Source: Nitrospira sp.
Lineage (GTDB): Bacteria > Nitrospirota > Nitrospiria > Nitrospirales > Nitrospiraceae
Assembly: GCA_013140455.1 (NCBI GenBank)
Contig: JABFSU010000084.1
Span: forward strand, 2,163-66,162
DNA: 64,000 bases
Direction: 5' to 3'
Part shown: positions 37,537 to 47,186 of the stretch, in pieces
How positions within the stretch are numbered: the first letter of the stretch is position 1
How the letters are laid out: each line of letters begins with the position of its first letter
Notes under the pieces: generated by a model
Databases searched by the model: none
What the model saw: only the letters and a program-made list of their open reading frames with translations
What the model was told of the DNA's origin: nothing
Made by a program: the position numbers and the translations under genes

Positions 37537-38007
37537 ATGTTGATGACCAATCCTCCCGCAGAATCGACCGTGGAGAACAACTCAAGACCGGAGCGGTCTC
37601 AAGCTCAAAAAGACCCACAGCGGGTCTCCTTACATCGCAAGCCGACCACCAGGCTGACGATCACGCTGCCCTTGCAGTTGGTCGATCAACTGCGGGATGC
37701 CGCCTACTGGACACCGCACACCACACTGGCCTGGCTTGTTGAAGATGCCCTTCGTGCAACCCTCACGACGATGGAAATCGCAAACCGAGGCCCATTCCCC
37801 CCTCGCGAGCAGGAATTGAAAGCCGGGCGCCCGCGCGGAGTGCGGAGAGCAGGACAAACCAAGACGCTCCTGATACGACAACCGGTATCCAGGCCGCCCG
37901 GCAGAGAGACAGCAATTTCGTCGAAGCAATGGCCCGCGTCACCAAGTCACAGCAGAATCAACGCGCAGGCCGTCGCATCCGGCGCAGAAGAACGCGTGAG
38001 AAGCTGA
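37537..38007 (+). CDS. Ribbon-helix-helix (CopG/ParG-like) DNA-binding protein
   Basis: [62 protein letters not shown] follows the pattern I recall for RHH centromere-binding partners of ParA. The C-terminal third is low-complexity and Arg/Pro-rich. Confidence 0.5.
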   Translation: MLMTNPPAESTVENNSRPERSQAQKDPQRVSLHRKPTTRLTITLPLQLVDQLRDAAYWTPHTTLAWLVEDALRATLTTMEIANRGPFPPREQELKAGRPRGVRRAGQTKTLLIRQPVSRPPGRETAISSKQWPASPSHSRINAQAVASGAEERVRS

Positions 38008-38054
38008 GCGCCTCTACGGTGCTATTATCTGGGAGGGATTCGTTGAACAGGAAA

Positions 38055-38816
38055 TTAGGATGTACGCTGGCCGGAGAAGGCCCGCTTGAACACGGCCTTC
38101 AACCCGAAATAGGCGAACGAATCTTTCAGATTTGAGTAGAGACGTTTGAACCGGCCCATCTCAGGATTCGTCACATATTCCATCGTCAGCGCCACCCGCT
38201 CCTCACCTTCCGCAAGAGGGGTGACCGCATGCCAGAGTTTGTCGCCGTTGAAGATCACCATGTCACCGGGTTCGGTGATGAGTTCCAGATGCTGCGTCTC
38301 CTTCTCCGGATCGTCCTTAAACAGATCGCACACCAGCTTGCAGTGCGATGACCGATCGACCAACCCCATCAAAATCGTATAGCGCGCGCCGTTGTAATAC
38401 GACGTGTCGTAATGAAATCCGATGTGGTCACCCGGCTCCATGTAGTAGTAGAGCGCGCAGGAATGCGGGTCATTGTCCGGACATAACAGCAGATTCGCGT
38501 GAACCAGCCGGTTCAGAAAGCTGCGATAGGCGGACGAGCGGTAGAGGTCGAGAAACAACGGTGCCTGCTCCTGCACCGTGTAGTAGCTGACGCTGCCGCC
38601 CTTCTTGTGGCCGGGAATATAGTTGCGATTGATACGCGGCTTGAGCCCGTTCGCTTGCGGCACAAACGTTGATTCGACAAACGACCGCGGAAGAAATTGC
38701 TTGATGACGAGAAACTCGTTCTGTTCCCAGTAGGTCTTGTGCAACCGGTCGAAATCGAGCGCCGCAACGGCTTGGGCGACAGCTTCCGTCACTGATATTG
38801 TGCTGGCCGATTGCAT
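38055..38816 (-). CDS. 2OG-Fe(II) oxygenase-superfamily protein
   Basis: It has a facial-triad-like GFHYD ... KLWHAV followed by RVALTMEY. Size and spacing are consistent with a double-stranded beta-helix dioxygenase. Confidence 0.55.
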   Translation of the reverse strand: MQSASTISVTEAVAQAVAALDFDRLHKTYWEQNEFLVIKQFLPRSFVESTFVPQANGLKPRINRNYIPGHKKGGSVSYYTVQEQAPLFLDLYRSSAYRSFLNRLVHANLLLCPDNDPHSCALYYYMEPGDHIGFHYDTSYYNGARYTILMGLVDRSSHCKLVCDLFKDDPEKETQHLELITEPGDMVIFNGDKLWHAVTPLAEGEERVALTMEYVTNPEMGRFKRLYSNLKDSFAYFGLKAVFKRAFSGQRTS

Positions 38817-38878
38817 GGCTTCGCCCCTATTCCTCCCCCGTCACGTTCCCGCCGATTCAACCCGCCGGACTACAGGCG

Positions 38879-39592
38879 CTAATTCAATACCGGAGCCTTG
38901 ACCACTTCGACATCGGCGGGAGCCTTGAAATCAAAGACCTCTTCCCCCAGTCCGAGATTCGGCTTCAACGACGAAAATTCGAACGTCGCGACATTCCCGC
39001 TGATTTCGTGCAACCACACGGTACGAATGAAATAGGTCTTCGGGAAGACCTCCACGACGATTCGCTGTACATGCCGCGTCGGATCCGACTCCCGTCCCTT
39101 CGGCACGAGACTCAGGAGGCGAAGCCCGCCCACACCACGCTCTTTCTTCCCGGTCGCCGGAGCTATTTCAAACGACTCTTCCAGTTTTGCTGCGCCCTGG
39201 AGAAGTTCCAACGGAGCTTGCGAGGCAGCCATGTGCGTCAGCTTGCCGATGAGCACCTGCTTATGCTCGGGCACATACACTTTGACGTCGTCATGATTCA
39301 CGTAAATCTGCTCATTCGCCGGGTCGAGATAATCCCACCGCAGCCGTCCCGGCTTCTTGATGTACACCTTGCCCGAGGACGTCACCGGCCGCTCAAATCC
39401 TTCGATTCTGGTCTTTTGCGTAAAGTCCGCCTGAAGATCCTTCGTTTTCTCATAGCGGGCCTGCAGCTGCTTCACCACCTCGTGCACTTCCTGCATGGCC
39501 TTCTCATCAGGCACGCCATCGGCACCCCAAGCAGGCCAAACCGGCACGCAGGCGACAATCCCAACGAACACCAAGGCTTTCCAGACCATCAT
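38879..39592 (-). CDS. lolA: Outer-membrane lipoprotein carrier protein LolA
   Basis: A signal peptide is followed by LQADFTQKTRIEGFERPVTSSGKVYIKKPGRLRWDY. The start overlaps the ftsK stop by 4 nt. Confidence 0.8.
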   Translation of the reverse strand: MMVWKALVFVGIVACVPVWPAWGADGVPDEKAMQEVHEVVKQLQARYEKTKDLQADFTQKTRIEGFERPVTSSGKVYIKKPGRLRWDYLDPANEQIYVNHDDVKVYVPEHKQVLIGKLTHMAASQAPLELLQGAAKLEESFEIAPATGKKERGVGGLRLLSLVPKGRESDPTRHVQRIVVEVFPKTYFIRTVWLHEISGNVATFEFSSLKPNLGLGEEVFDFKAPADVEVVKAPVLN

Positions 39593-42012
39593 GCTTCAGT
39601 CGCTCCCACCGGACCGCGGCGACCAAGTACTTCCCGGCGTCCGTCACGTCCCGCCGCTCCAACGATGCCATCCGCTTCCATTTGCTCGATCATCCGGGCG
39701 GCGCGGGGATAGCCGACACGCAACCGCCTTTGAATCAATGATGCGGAGGCCTGGCCGGTCGAGAGCACCAAATCTTTCGCCTGCTCGTAGACTTCGTCTT
39801 TCGCTTCCTCTTCCGCCGCGTCTTCCTGTTTCAACGATTGCAACTCAGGATCGTATTTGGGAAGCGCCTGTTTCTTCACAAAGTCCACGACACGCCGCAC
39901 ATCGTCATCGGAGACGAACGAGCCATGCAGTCTGGCCAGCCGGCCCGTGCCTGACGCCAGGTACAGCATGTCGCCGCGGCCCAGCAACGCCTCGGCGCCG
40001 TTGGCGTCAAGAATCGTGCGCGAGTCGGTCTTCGATGAAACCTGGAAAGCGATCCGGGCGGGAAAGTTTGCCTTGATCAAGCCTGTCAGCACATCCACCG
40101 ATGGCCGCTGCGTCGCCAGCACGAGATGGATGCCGGAGGCCCTGGCCATCTGCGCCAAGCGGGCGATCTTGTCCTCGACATCCTTCGGCGCCACCATCAT
40201 CAAATCGGCCAGCTCATCGATCATCACGACAATATAGGGCAGCGGCTCGGGCGGCGTCGGGCGATCCCGCGGACCGGGGGCAACCTCGGGATCCGTCGAT
40301 TCACCGGCAGAAAGGCGCTGCTCTTCCGTCAGGAACTGCATCGGCAATTCCGGCTGATTCGCCGCCGCCGTCTCTTCCGCAAACACCTCGTGCAACCCTG
40401 CCACCTTGCGATTGTACGCGTCGATATTCCGCACGCCGGCTTCCGACAGCAACTTGTACCGCCGTTCCATCTCGGCCACCACCCATCCCAACCCGCGCGC
40501 CGCCGACTTCGCATCGGTAATGACGGGCCGCAGCAAGTGGGGGATACCGTCATACGATGAAAACTCCAGCATTTTCGGATCGATCAATAACAGTTTGACC
40601 TCGCTCGGCCGAGCGGAGAACAGAATACTCAACAACATCGTATTGAGCCCGACGCTCTTGCCGGCCCCAGTGGCGCCGGCCACCAGCAGATGCGGCATCG
40701 TTTTCAGATCCGCGATCGCCGGAGCGCCGAAGATATCTTTGCCCAACGCCAGCGTGAGCTTCGAGCGGGCCTTCGTAAAGGTCTCGCTCATCACGACTTC
40801 TTTCATCGACACCGTTTCGCGAGCCAGGTTCGGCACTTCGATCCCGACCACCGATTTTCCCGGGATCGGCGCGACAATGCGCAAACTGATCGCCTTCAGC
40901 CCCAGAGCCAGATCGTCAGCCAGATTCACAATCCTCGCCACCTTCGTTCCCGGCGACGGTTCAAACTCATACATCGTCACGACCGGCCCGGGCCGTACTT
41001 CCGTCACCTTGCCGATGATGCCAAAACTCGCCAGGGCGCGGGTCAACACATCCGACTGGGCCTTCAACTCATCATCCGACATGCGCGTGATCGGACCAGT
41101 CGGATCACTCAGCAACTCATCCGGATCGGGAAGTTCATAATCCCCGGCATCGACCTGCGCTGAAACTACTTCCACTTCCGGTTCATTCGCTTCGGCAGGA
41201 GTGGGAAAGGACGCGATCGGCGGCTGAATCACCGGCCACTCCGTCACCGCTGGCGATTCATTCTCCGTGAGTGCTGCGTCGGCCGAAGCTTGTTCCGGTT
41301 CGGGCTCAGGACGTTCCTTCACCGCCCGGCTTCGCTGCCGTCGGTTACCCGACTCCACCGGCGGTTCAACCGCCGGTTCCGGCATCAATGCCGCAAGTTT
41401 CTCCCTCCAGGCCGCCCAGCGTTCCGGGAAGCCCTGAACCAGCTCGGTCAGCGACAGCGGTGTCGTGAACAGGAGTGAGACTAAAAAACTAGCCAGTATG
41501 ACAATGTGGGCGCCGGTACTGGCAAACCAGGACCGGAGTCCATCTGCCAGGACTTGTCCGAATACTCCACCCGCCATCCCTCGATGGACGAAACCGCTGC
41601 TCAACGTAGGCACTGCGGTGGCTTCGAGATGCAGAAAGGCGCTCAGGAACAAGACCGCCCCGAGCGAACTGACGGCCGTGCGCAACCGGATACCGACGGG
41701 ACTCTGAGAAAAACAGCGCAAGCCGAGTTTGCCGAGCAAGGGAGGAAACAGGTACGCCGCCCCGCCGATCAGGAAAAAGAATCCCCCGGCGAGGACCGCC
41801 CCGAAGGAACCGATCAAATTGCGCGGAGGGGCCGCTGCCGGAGCGCCGGACGCCACCGTCTCGGCTTCCCCCGGCACAAATGACAACAGACTCAACAGCG
41901 TGAGCAAGCTTAGCGCGATTAAGATCACGCCGATGACTTCACGCTGAATATGGGAAGGAGGAGCAGGGGCGCGGCGGGCTTCTCCCCGCTTCGCCGACGT
42001 AGTATCACCCAT
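39589..42012 (-). CDS. ftsK: DNA translocase FtsK
   Basis: It has N-terminal TM helices, an acidic/Pro-rich linker, Walker A VAGATGAGKSVGLN, Walker B YIVVMIDELADLM and the gamma domain SASLIQRRLRVGYPRAARMIEQME. I chose ATG 42012; the ORF track extends to 42072. Confidence 0.95.
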   Translation of the reverse strand: MGDTTSAKRGEARRAPAPPSHIQREVIGVILIALSLLTLLSLLSFVPGEAETVASGAPAAAPPRNLIGSFGAVLAGGFFFLIGGAAYLFPPLLGKLGLRCFSQSPVGIRLRTAVSSLGAVLFLSAFLHLEATAVPTLSSGFVHRGMAGGVFGQVLADGLRSWFASTGAHIVILASFLVSLLFTTPLSLTELVQGFPERWAAWREKLAALMPEPAVEPPVESGNRRQRSRAVKERPEPEPEQASADAALTENESPAVTEWPVIQPPIASFPTPAEANEPEVEVVSAQVDAGDYELPDPDELLSDPTGPITRMSDDELKAQSDVLTRALASFGIIGKVTEVRPGPVVTMYEFEPSPGTKVARIVNLADDLALGLKAISLRIVAPIPGKSVVGIEVPNLARETVSMKEVVMSETFTKARSKLTLALGKDIFGAPAIADLKTMPHLLVAGATGAGKSVGLNTMLLSILFSARPSEVKLLLIDPKMLEFSSYDGIPHLLRPVITDAKSAARGLGWVVAEMERRYKLLSEAGVRNIDAYNRKVAGLHEVFAEETAAANQPELPMQFLTEEQRLSAGESTDPEVAPGPRDRPTPPEPLPYIVVMIDELADLMMVAPKDVEDKIARLAQMARASGIHLVLATQRPSVDVLTGLIKANFPARIAFQVSSKTDSRTILDANGAEALLGRGDMLYLASGTGRLARLHGSFVSDDDVRRVVDFVKKQALPKYDPELQSLKQEDAAEEEAKDEVYEQAKDLVLSTGQASASLIQRRLRVGYPRAARMIEQMEADGIVGAAGRDGRREVLGRRGPVGATEA

Positions 42013-42098
42013 GCCGCGGATGCTAACACAGGGGGGAAATCGTTTCAAACAACGACAACAAGGCAAGACCAACCCCGACGCATCCGGACGCCTCAGAT

Positions 42099-42914
42099 TT
42101 ACGCCGGGGAGAGCATGCAGCGCGTGAGCTGAATGAGTTGCTCAAGCGAAAGCACCTCCGCCCTGACGGAAGGAGAGAGAGTCAGCCGTTCAAGCGCTCC
42201 GGCAATGCGCATCTGGTCATAACCTTCGTCCTTGAGCGAGTTCACCAGCGTCTTTCGCCGGTGGGCGAAGGCGGCCTTCACGAACGACGCAAACTTTGGC
42301 TCCTCTTCCGGACTGAGCTCCCGCCGTTCTCTCGTCCGCAGCAATACGACGGCGGACCCGACTTCTGGCCTGGGCCGGAAACATTGGGCGGAGACACGGA
42401 ACGCTTTGGTGATCTCGGCGGCATACTGCGCCATGACGGACAAGACACCATAGTCGGAGCTGCCTGGCTTGGCGACCAACCGATCGGCCACTTCATTCTG
42501 GAGCATCAGGACTAAGCGCGGGAATCGATCGCGTTGATCCAGCAATCTGAACAACAACGGCGTCGAAATGTAGTACGGCAAATTGGCGACCACGATGGTC
42601 CCGACCGGCAGACTCTCCACGGAATAGACCAATGCGTCATCAAGCACGAGCGTCAGGTTGGGAAACTCCGCCTGCCGTTCAGCGAGATAGGCATGAAGTC
42701 GTGGATCAATCTCCACGGCCGTAACATGGCCCGCGGCTTCGCAGAGCACCTCGGTCAAAACCCCGCGGCCGGGGCCGATTTCGAGGACCCGGTCGTTCGG
42801 GGAAATTTCCGCCAGCGCGACGATTTTGCGCACGATGTTGGGATCGATGAGAAAGTTTTGACCGAGCCGTTTGATCGCGGCGGGAGGATCGGCAGGAGAA
42901 TCCGGACGTCCCAC
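42099..42914 (-). CDS. rsmA: 16S rRNA (adenine1518/1519-N6)-dimethyltransferase RsmA/KsgA
   Basis: The motifs LGQNFLIDPNIVRKIV, EIGPGRGVLT and NLPYYISTP are present. Confidence 0.9.
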   Translation of the reverse strand: MGRPDSPADPPAAIKRLGQNFLIDPNIVRKIVALAEISPNDRVLEIGPGRGVLTEVLCEAAGHVTAVEIDPRLHAYLAERQAEFPNLTLVLDDALVYSVESLPVGTIVVANLPYYISTPLLFRLLDQRDRFPRLVLMLQNEVADRLVAKPGSSDYGVLSVMAQYAAEITKAFRVSAQCFRPRPEVGSAVVLLRTRERRELSPEEEPKFASFVKAAFAHRRKTLVNSLKDEGYDQMRIAGALERLTLSPSVRAEVLSLEQLIQLTRCMLSPA

Positions 42915-42917
42915 GCT

Positions 42918-43241
42918 TCACGCACCGGGAGCAGGACGTGGGGTCGCCGCCAACTGCTTAGCCAGCGCCGCCAACGGCGTGCGATAGCCGTCGATCAAGT
43001 CGTTGAACTCTTCGACCAGATCATTGGTAAATGACGGACCCGGGTGAATTGCGGCAAACTTCTGCCCCTCCGCAGCCCCCACCGCCTCAGTAATGAGTGT
43101 GACCGTGCGGACTTTCCACTTCGCCACCCGCTCGTCACCTGCCACCGTGTTCAAATCCTCGAGCGTTTGCTTGGCCAGCGCGTCCAGTTCTTTGATCTGC
43201 TGTTGGATCACTGCCAGTCCCTTAGATACTTCCTGCGACAT
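42918..43241 (-). CDS. Small hypothetical protein (107 aa), predicted helical
   Basis: It is tightly packed between pdxA (a 21-nt gap) and rsmA (a 3-nt gap) on the same strand. I recognise no domain. Confidence 0.5.
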   Translation of the reverse strand: MSQEVSKGLAVIQQQIKELDALAKQTLEDLNTVAGDERVAKWKVRTVTLITEAVGAAEGQKFAAIHPGPSFTNDLVEEFNDLIDGYRTPLAALAKQLAATPRPAPGA

Positions 43242-43262
43242 ATCGGTGGTGTCCTTCCTATT

Positions 43263-44300
43263 TCAGCGCGCCATCGCACGACTCTGGGCAATCCCGGCGG
43301 CCAGCTTGATTGCTTCCAACAGGCTGCCGGGATCAGCCACGCCTTTCCCGACAATATCGAACGCCGTGCCGTGATCGACGGAGGTGCGGATGATCGGAAG
43401 TCCGACCGTCAGATTCACGCAGGTCCCGAAGGCCACGAGCTTCAACGGGATCAAACCCTGGTCATGATACATCGCCACGATGCCGTCATACTGCCCCTTG
43501 ACCGCTTTGCCGAACAGCGTATCGGCCGGCTGAGGGTCGCTGGCCAGAATCCCCTGTGCCTGCGCGGCGCGGGCGGCCGGAAAAATCACCCGGGCCTCCT
43601 CATTGCCGAACAGCCCATGTTCACCGGCATGGGGGTTCAACGCGGCGACTCCGATTCTGGGTTTCTTGATGCCGTACAGCCTGGTGAGGGCCTGATGGGC
43701 GAGCCGGATCGCCTTTTCAATCTTCGCCTGCGTCAGGAGCTTGGGCAAATCCTTGATCGCGACATGCGTCGTGACGAACATGATGCGAAGCGGCCCGCCG
43801 ACGATCATCATGCCGGACTCTTTGGCGTGGGTCAGATCGGCCAGCAGTTCAGTATGGCCCGGATAGTGACAGCCCGCCATATTGATGGCTTCTTTGTTGA
43901 TCGGTGCCGTGACGATGCCGTCGATGCAGCCGATTTCTGCCAGATGCACGGCTTTCTTGATGAACTCGACGGACGCCGCGCCGGTTTCAGCCGCCGCAAT
44001 GCCTAATGCAAATTTCTTCAGCGGCCTCTCCATCGGATCGAGGACCGCCACCGTATTCCCCTTCAGCGGAACGGGATCATGACCATGCACCGGCACCACA
44101 TTCAGCTTGAGCCGTAACTTCTTGACGGTCCGCTCCATCACCGGCACAGACCCGATGACCAGCGGCAGGCAAAGACGCTGCACCTCGCGACCCGCCAGCG
44201 CTTTGGCAATCACCTCCGGTCCGATCCCGGCAGGGTCGCCCATGGTGATGCCGAGCAGCGGCAAAGACGGTCCTGTCCTGACTGAACGTTTAGAAGGCAT
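43263..44300 (-). CDS. pdxA: 4-hydroxythreonine-4-phosphate dehydrogenase PdxA
   Basis: The motifs ITMGDPAGIGPEV, YPGHTELLA, NPHAGE and IRTSVDHGTAFD are present. I chose ATG 44300; the ORF track extends to 44369. Confidence 0.9.
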   Translation of the reverse strand: MPSKRSVRTGPSLPLLGITMGDPAGIGPEVIAKALAGREVQRLCLPLVIGSVPVMERTVKKLRLKLNVVPVHGHDPVPLKGNTVAVLDPMERPLKKFALGIAAAETGAASVEFIKKAVHLAEIGCIDGIVTAPINKEAINMAGCHYPGHTELLADLTHAKESGMMIVGGPLRIMFVTTHVAIKDLPKLLTQAKIEKAIRLAHQALTRLYGIKKPRIGVAALNPHAGEHGLFGNEEARVIFPAARAAQAQGILASDPQPADTLFGKAVKGQYDGIVAMYHDQGLIPLKLVAFGTCVNLTVGLPIIRTSVDHGTAFDIVGKGVADPGSLLEAIKLAAGIAQSRAMAR

Positions 44301-45294
44301 AGAGATACACCGTATACCCCAGATAAAGGATGGCGCCGGCGCCCAGCAACAACGGTTGCCATCGGCCACCGACGAGAATTTGGAGCAGGCAGAGGCCTGC
44401 TGCGACCACAGCCAGCACCATGGTCAGCATCGCCGACGGCGCCAGTGCCCACCCGGTTCCGATCAACCCCACCGAAACGGGAAAGGTTCCCTGGAATACC
44501 ATAGCCCCGGTGACATTCCCGATCGCGAGACGATCCTTCTTTCGATAGAGCCAGAGAAAGCTGTTCGACATTTCCGGCAATTCCGTCGCCAGGGGAGCAA
44601 TCAACAACGCCAGGATCAACGGGGAGATGGCAAACGTGGCCGCCACAGTTTCCGCGGCGGTCACAAACAAGTGCGCTCCCGCAATCAACCCGCCGAGACC
44701 TGCCACAGCCTGTAGACCGATCATCGTGTAAGAGGGCGTCTGGGCCTGCTTGGCAAACAACAGCGGCTCCAGCGAACCGTCGCCACCTTCTTCATCCTCG
44801 GCGCTGAATTTGATCTTCATGTAGTAGACATAGAGACTCATCAGCCCGATGGCTGCCGCGACATGAATCGCATGGGATGGAACAAACACGCAGCCCAAGG
44901 CGACGGCATAGCCGATTGTGAAGAACGTCAAATCCGTCCTGACCTCACCGTAGTTCAAATGGAACTGTGCCGTCCGCTTGCCGGCGCGGGCGAACAGGAT
45001 CAGCAGCAGGGCGAGGATCGGCAGCACCAACGTACTGAGCATGAATGGCGCCCCGAGAATCGCACCCAAACCGACTTCCGCTTCCTGCTGACTTTTCCCG
45101 AAAAAGATCGCGATGACAGGAATTGACGTTTCCGGCAAGGTGGTTCCGATTGCCGCGAAGATGCTGCCGACCGCGCCTTCGGAAATACCAAGCCGCTTCC
45201 CCAACCACTCAATGGCATTCGTGAATAAGCTACATCCACCCAACGTGACGGCCACTGACACAAGAAACAGCAACACGTAGAAGAGCAGAGTCAC
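44290..45294 (-). CDS. Sodium/calcium exchanger (CaCA family) membrane protein
   Basis: Two alpha-repeat-like segments are present (GSIFAAIGTTLPETSIPV and LIAPLATELPEMSNS) with about 10 hydrophobic helices. The start overlaps the larC stop by 4 nt. Confidence 0.7.
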   Translation of the reverse strand: MTLLFYVLLFLVSVAVTLGGCSLFTNAIEWLGKRLGISEGAVGSIFAAIGTTLPETSIPVIAIFFGKSQQEAEVGLGAILGAPFMLSTLVLPILALLLILFARAGKRTAQFHLNYGEVRTDLTFFTIGYAVALGCVFVPSHAIHVAAAIGLMSLYVYYMKIKFSAEDEEGGDGSLEPLLFAKQAQTPSYTMIGLQAVAGLGGLIAGAHLFVTAAETVAATFAISPLILALLIAPLATELPEMSNSFLWLYRKKDRLAIGNVTGAMVFQGTFPVSVGLIGTGWALAPSAMLTMVLAVVAAGLCLLQILVGGRWQPLLLGAGAILYLGYTVYLYAF

Positions 45295-46508
45295 GAACGA
45301 GCCCCCTTCTTGCCCTTCCGTGGCGCCAACCGGGAGTACACCACCCGCGCATCATCCATGACATCTTTCAACGGACGTCCGGTCCGAACGGCAATCTTCT
45401 GGCAATCGACATATTCCGGAGCCGCTTTTTCCCACCCGGCTCCGACCTCACCGATTTTCATCCGCACCGATCCGCCCGTCACTTTCACCGTCACAAACCG
45501 CCGCGGGAGCACCTGCCGGTCGAGTTCCTGAATCCGGACACCCAGCGCCGTGGTTTCCTGCAAGACCACCTCCAATACCGCATCGGTATGTTCGCGCGGC
45601 GCGAGACAACTCAGGATGACGCCGGGCCGGCTGCGTTTCATAATGACGGGAATCAATGCCACATCGAGCGCTCCGACGGCAAATAACTGCGCCATCACAT
45701 GCTCGTAAGCCTGGGGGTTCAGATCGTCGAGATTGGTTTCGATCTGCACCACTCGATCGGTCGGCCGCCCGCTCGACGCTGCCTCATCGGCCAGAAACAC
45801 CCGCAGCGCATTGGGCCAGCCATCAGGATCAGCGTCTCCTGCACCGTACCCGACTTGGGCAGACTCCAGCACGGGCATCGACCCGAACGAAGTAGCCAGC
45901 GTACGCAACAGAGCCATCCCCGTCGGCGTCGCCAATTCACAGCGCGGCCCTTCCGAATAGATGGGAATTCCCTTTGCGAGCGCGGCGACTGCCGGTCCGG
46001 GAACCGGGAGCAAGCCGTGAGCGGTTCGAATCGTCCCGGCTCCGACATTCACCGGAGAGGATGTGACCTTCGTGACTCCCAGCAGATGACAGCCCAACAC
46101 TCCCCCGACGACATCGATAAACGAATCGATCACACCGACTTCATGAAAATGGACATCGCGCGTTGCAACTTGATGAGCCTGCCCTTCGGCTTCCGCCAGA
46201 TGGTCGAACACGGTCCGACTCTGCTCTTTCACGACCGCCGGCAATGTGCTGGCCGCCAGAATCTTTTGAATGCGGGAGAGCGGGAGCGGGCGATCGAATC
46301 CGCGTTGGATCGCAACAGTGATCTTGGTCGCATGCAGCGCCCCGCGATGCACCTGCCGCTGCTCAAGACGATACCCGGTCAACTTCAGGCGCTTCAGTGC
46401 GGTGCGCAGCCGGGCCAGCGGAAGCCCGACATCGACCAGGGCACCGAGCACCATGTCACCGCTCACGCCCGAGAAACAATCGAAATGCAACCGTCGTCCC
46501 ACTCGCAC
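45291..46508 (-). CDS. larC: Nickel-pincer cofactor nickel insertion protein LarC (DUF111)
   Basis: The N-terminus reads LHFDCFSGVSGDMVLGALVDVGLP. Length and C-terminal domain are consistent with LarC. Confidence 0.85.
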   Translation of the reverse strand: MRVGRRLHFDCFSGVSGDMVLGALVDVGLPLARLRTALKRLKLTGYRLEQRQVHRGALHATKITVAIQRGFDRPLPLSRIQKILAASTLPAVVKEQSRTVFDHLAEAEGQAHQVATRDVHFHEVGVIDSFIDVVGGVLGCHLLGVTKVTSSPVNVGAGTIRTAHGLLPVPGPAVAALAKGIPIYSEGPRCELATPTGMALLRTLATSFGSMPVLESAQVGYGAGDADPDGWPNALRVFLADEAASSGRPTDRVVQIETNLDDLNPQAYEHVMAQLFAVGALDVALIPVIMKRSRPGVILSCLAPREHTDAVLEVVLQETTALGVRIQELDRQVLPRRFVTVKVTGGSVRMKIGEVGAGWEKAAPEYVDCQKIAVRTGRPLKDVMDDARVVYSRLAPRKGKKGARS

Positions 46509-46619
46509 TCCTTATCGACACGTCGTGACAGGGCGCTCATCTTACCCAAGGCGCCGCACAACGGCAATCGCTTCTGCTCTTTCATTGACACCCTCTGGAG
46601 GCTATGTTATCCCCCGTAC

Positions 46620-47186
46620 ATGACGCACACATGTTTCGAGTTCGCTTTCTCAGCCGCACGGGCTTCTTTGATCGCACACGCGAGCCGCTCAACCCCAATC
46701 TTTCTCCTGATTGGATGCCTGATCGGCCTTATGGCGATCGCTCCTGCCGACGGATTTGCCAAGACAAAGCCGCCGCGTGTCCCGCGCCCTGAGCCAGAGT
46801 TGAAGATCCTGGACTTACGGATCGCCCCGATGCCCTACGAAGCAGGAAACGGGCCCTTGGAGTTCTCCGTGAATGTCCAGCTCCCGAAAGAGCTGAACGG
46901 CGCGACCGTCCTCGAAGTCTCCTCCCTGATCAGTTCCCCTTCGAAGACATCCTTGCGCTTTCTAACACATCGCCAGGCACTTCAGCCGCAATCAATCAAG
47001 CCAGGCGAAGCACGAACGACACTCCCGATCCGCCTGTCCTGGGACGGGAAAGATCACCGGAAGCAACTGGCTGGCCCGGGTGCCTATGCGTACGAAGTCC
47101 GCATTAAATTGCTGGCGAACAGCGAGAAAGGGCTGCGCACGATGATGGTGGCCTGGCCTAAACGCGGGGAACTGACCGTCAAGTAG
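46620..47186 (+). CDS. Membrane-anchored or secreted hypothetical protein
   Basis: Only the last 188 codons of the 495-codon ORF lie outside larC. ATG 46620 is followed by the hydrophobic segment IFLLIGCLIGLMAIAPA and then a beta-rich domain. I recognise no domain. Confidence 0.45.
   Translation: MTHTCFEFAFSAARASLIAHASRSTPIFLLIGCLIGLMAIAPADGFAKTKPPRVPRPEPELKILDLRIAPMPYEAGNGPLEFSVNVQLPKELNGATVLEVSSLISSPSKTSLRFLTHRQALQPQSIKPGEARTTLPIRLSWDGKDHRKQLAGPGAYAYEVRIKLLANSEKGLRTMMVAWPKRGELTVK

Noticed and set aside
37178-37543. A 121-aa ORF and two overlapping minus-strand ORFs (37213-37461, 37223-37477) in the low-GC gap
   Set aside because: They have no ribosome-binding sites and are mutually overlapping. 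Their sequences are implausible (Cys/His/Phe-rich with no motif). The region is reported as non-coding with RNA-like structure.
37929-38135. An arginine-rich 68-aa ORF overlapping the end of the RHH gene and the convergent oxygenase gene
   Set aside because: It overlaps two better-supported genes, and its composition looks like an out-of-frame artefact.
45699-46619. The first roughly 307 codons of a 495-codon plus-strand ORF
   Set aside because: This part lies entirely antisense to the well-supported larC gene, has an Arg/Pro/Ser-rich composition typical of shadow ORFs in high-GC DNA, and has no recognisable motif. Only the last 188 codons, beyond larC, were kept as a possible gene.
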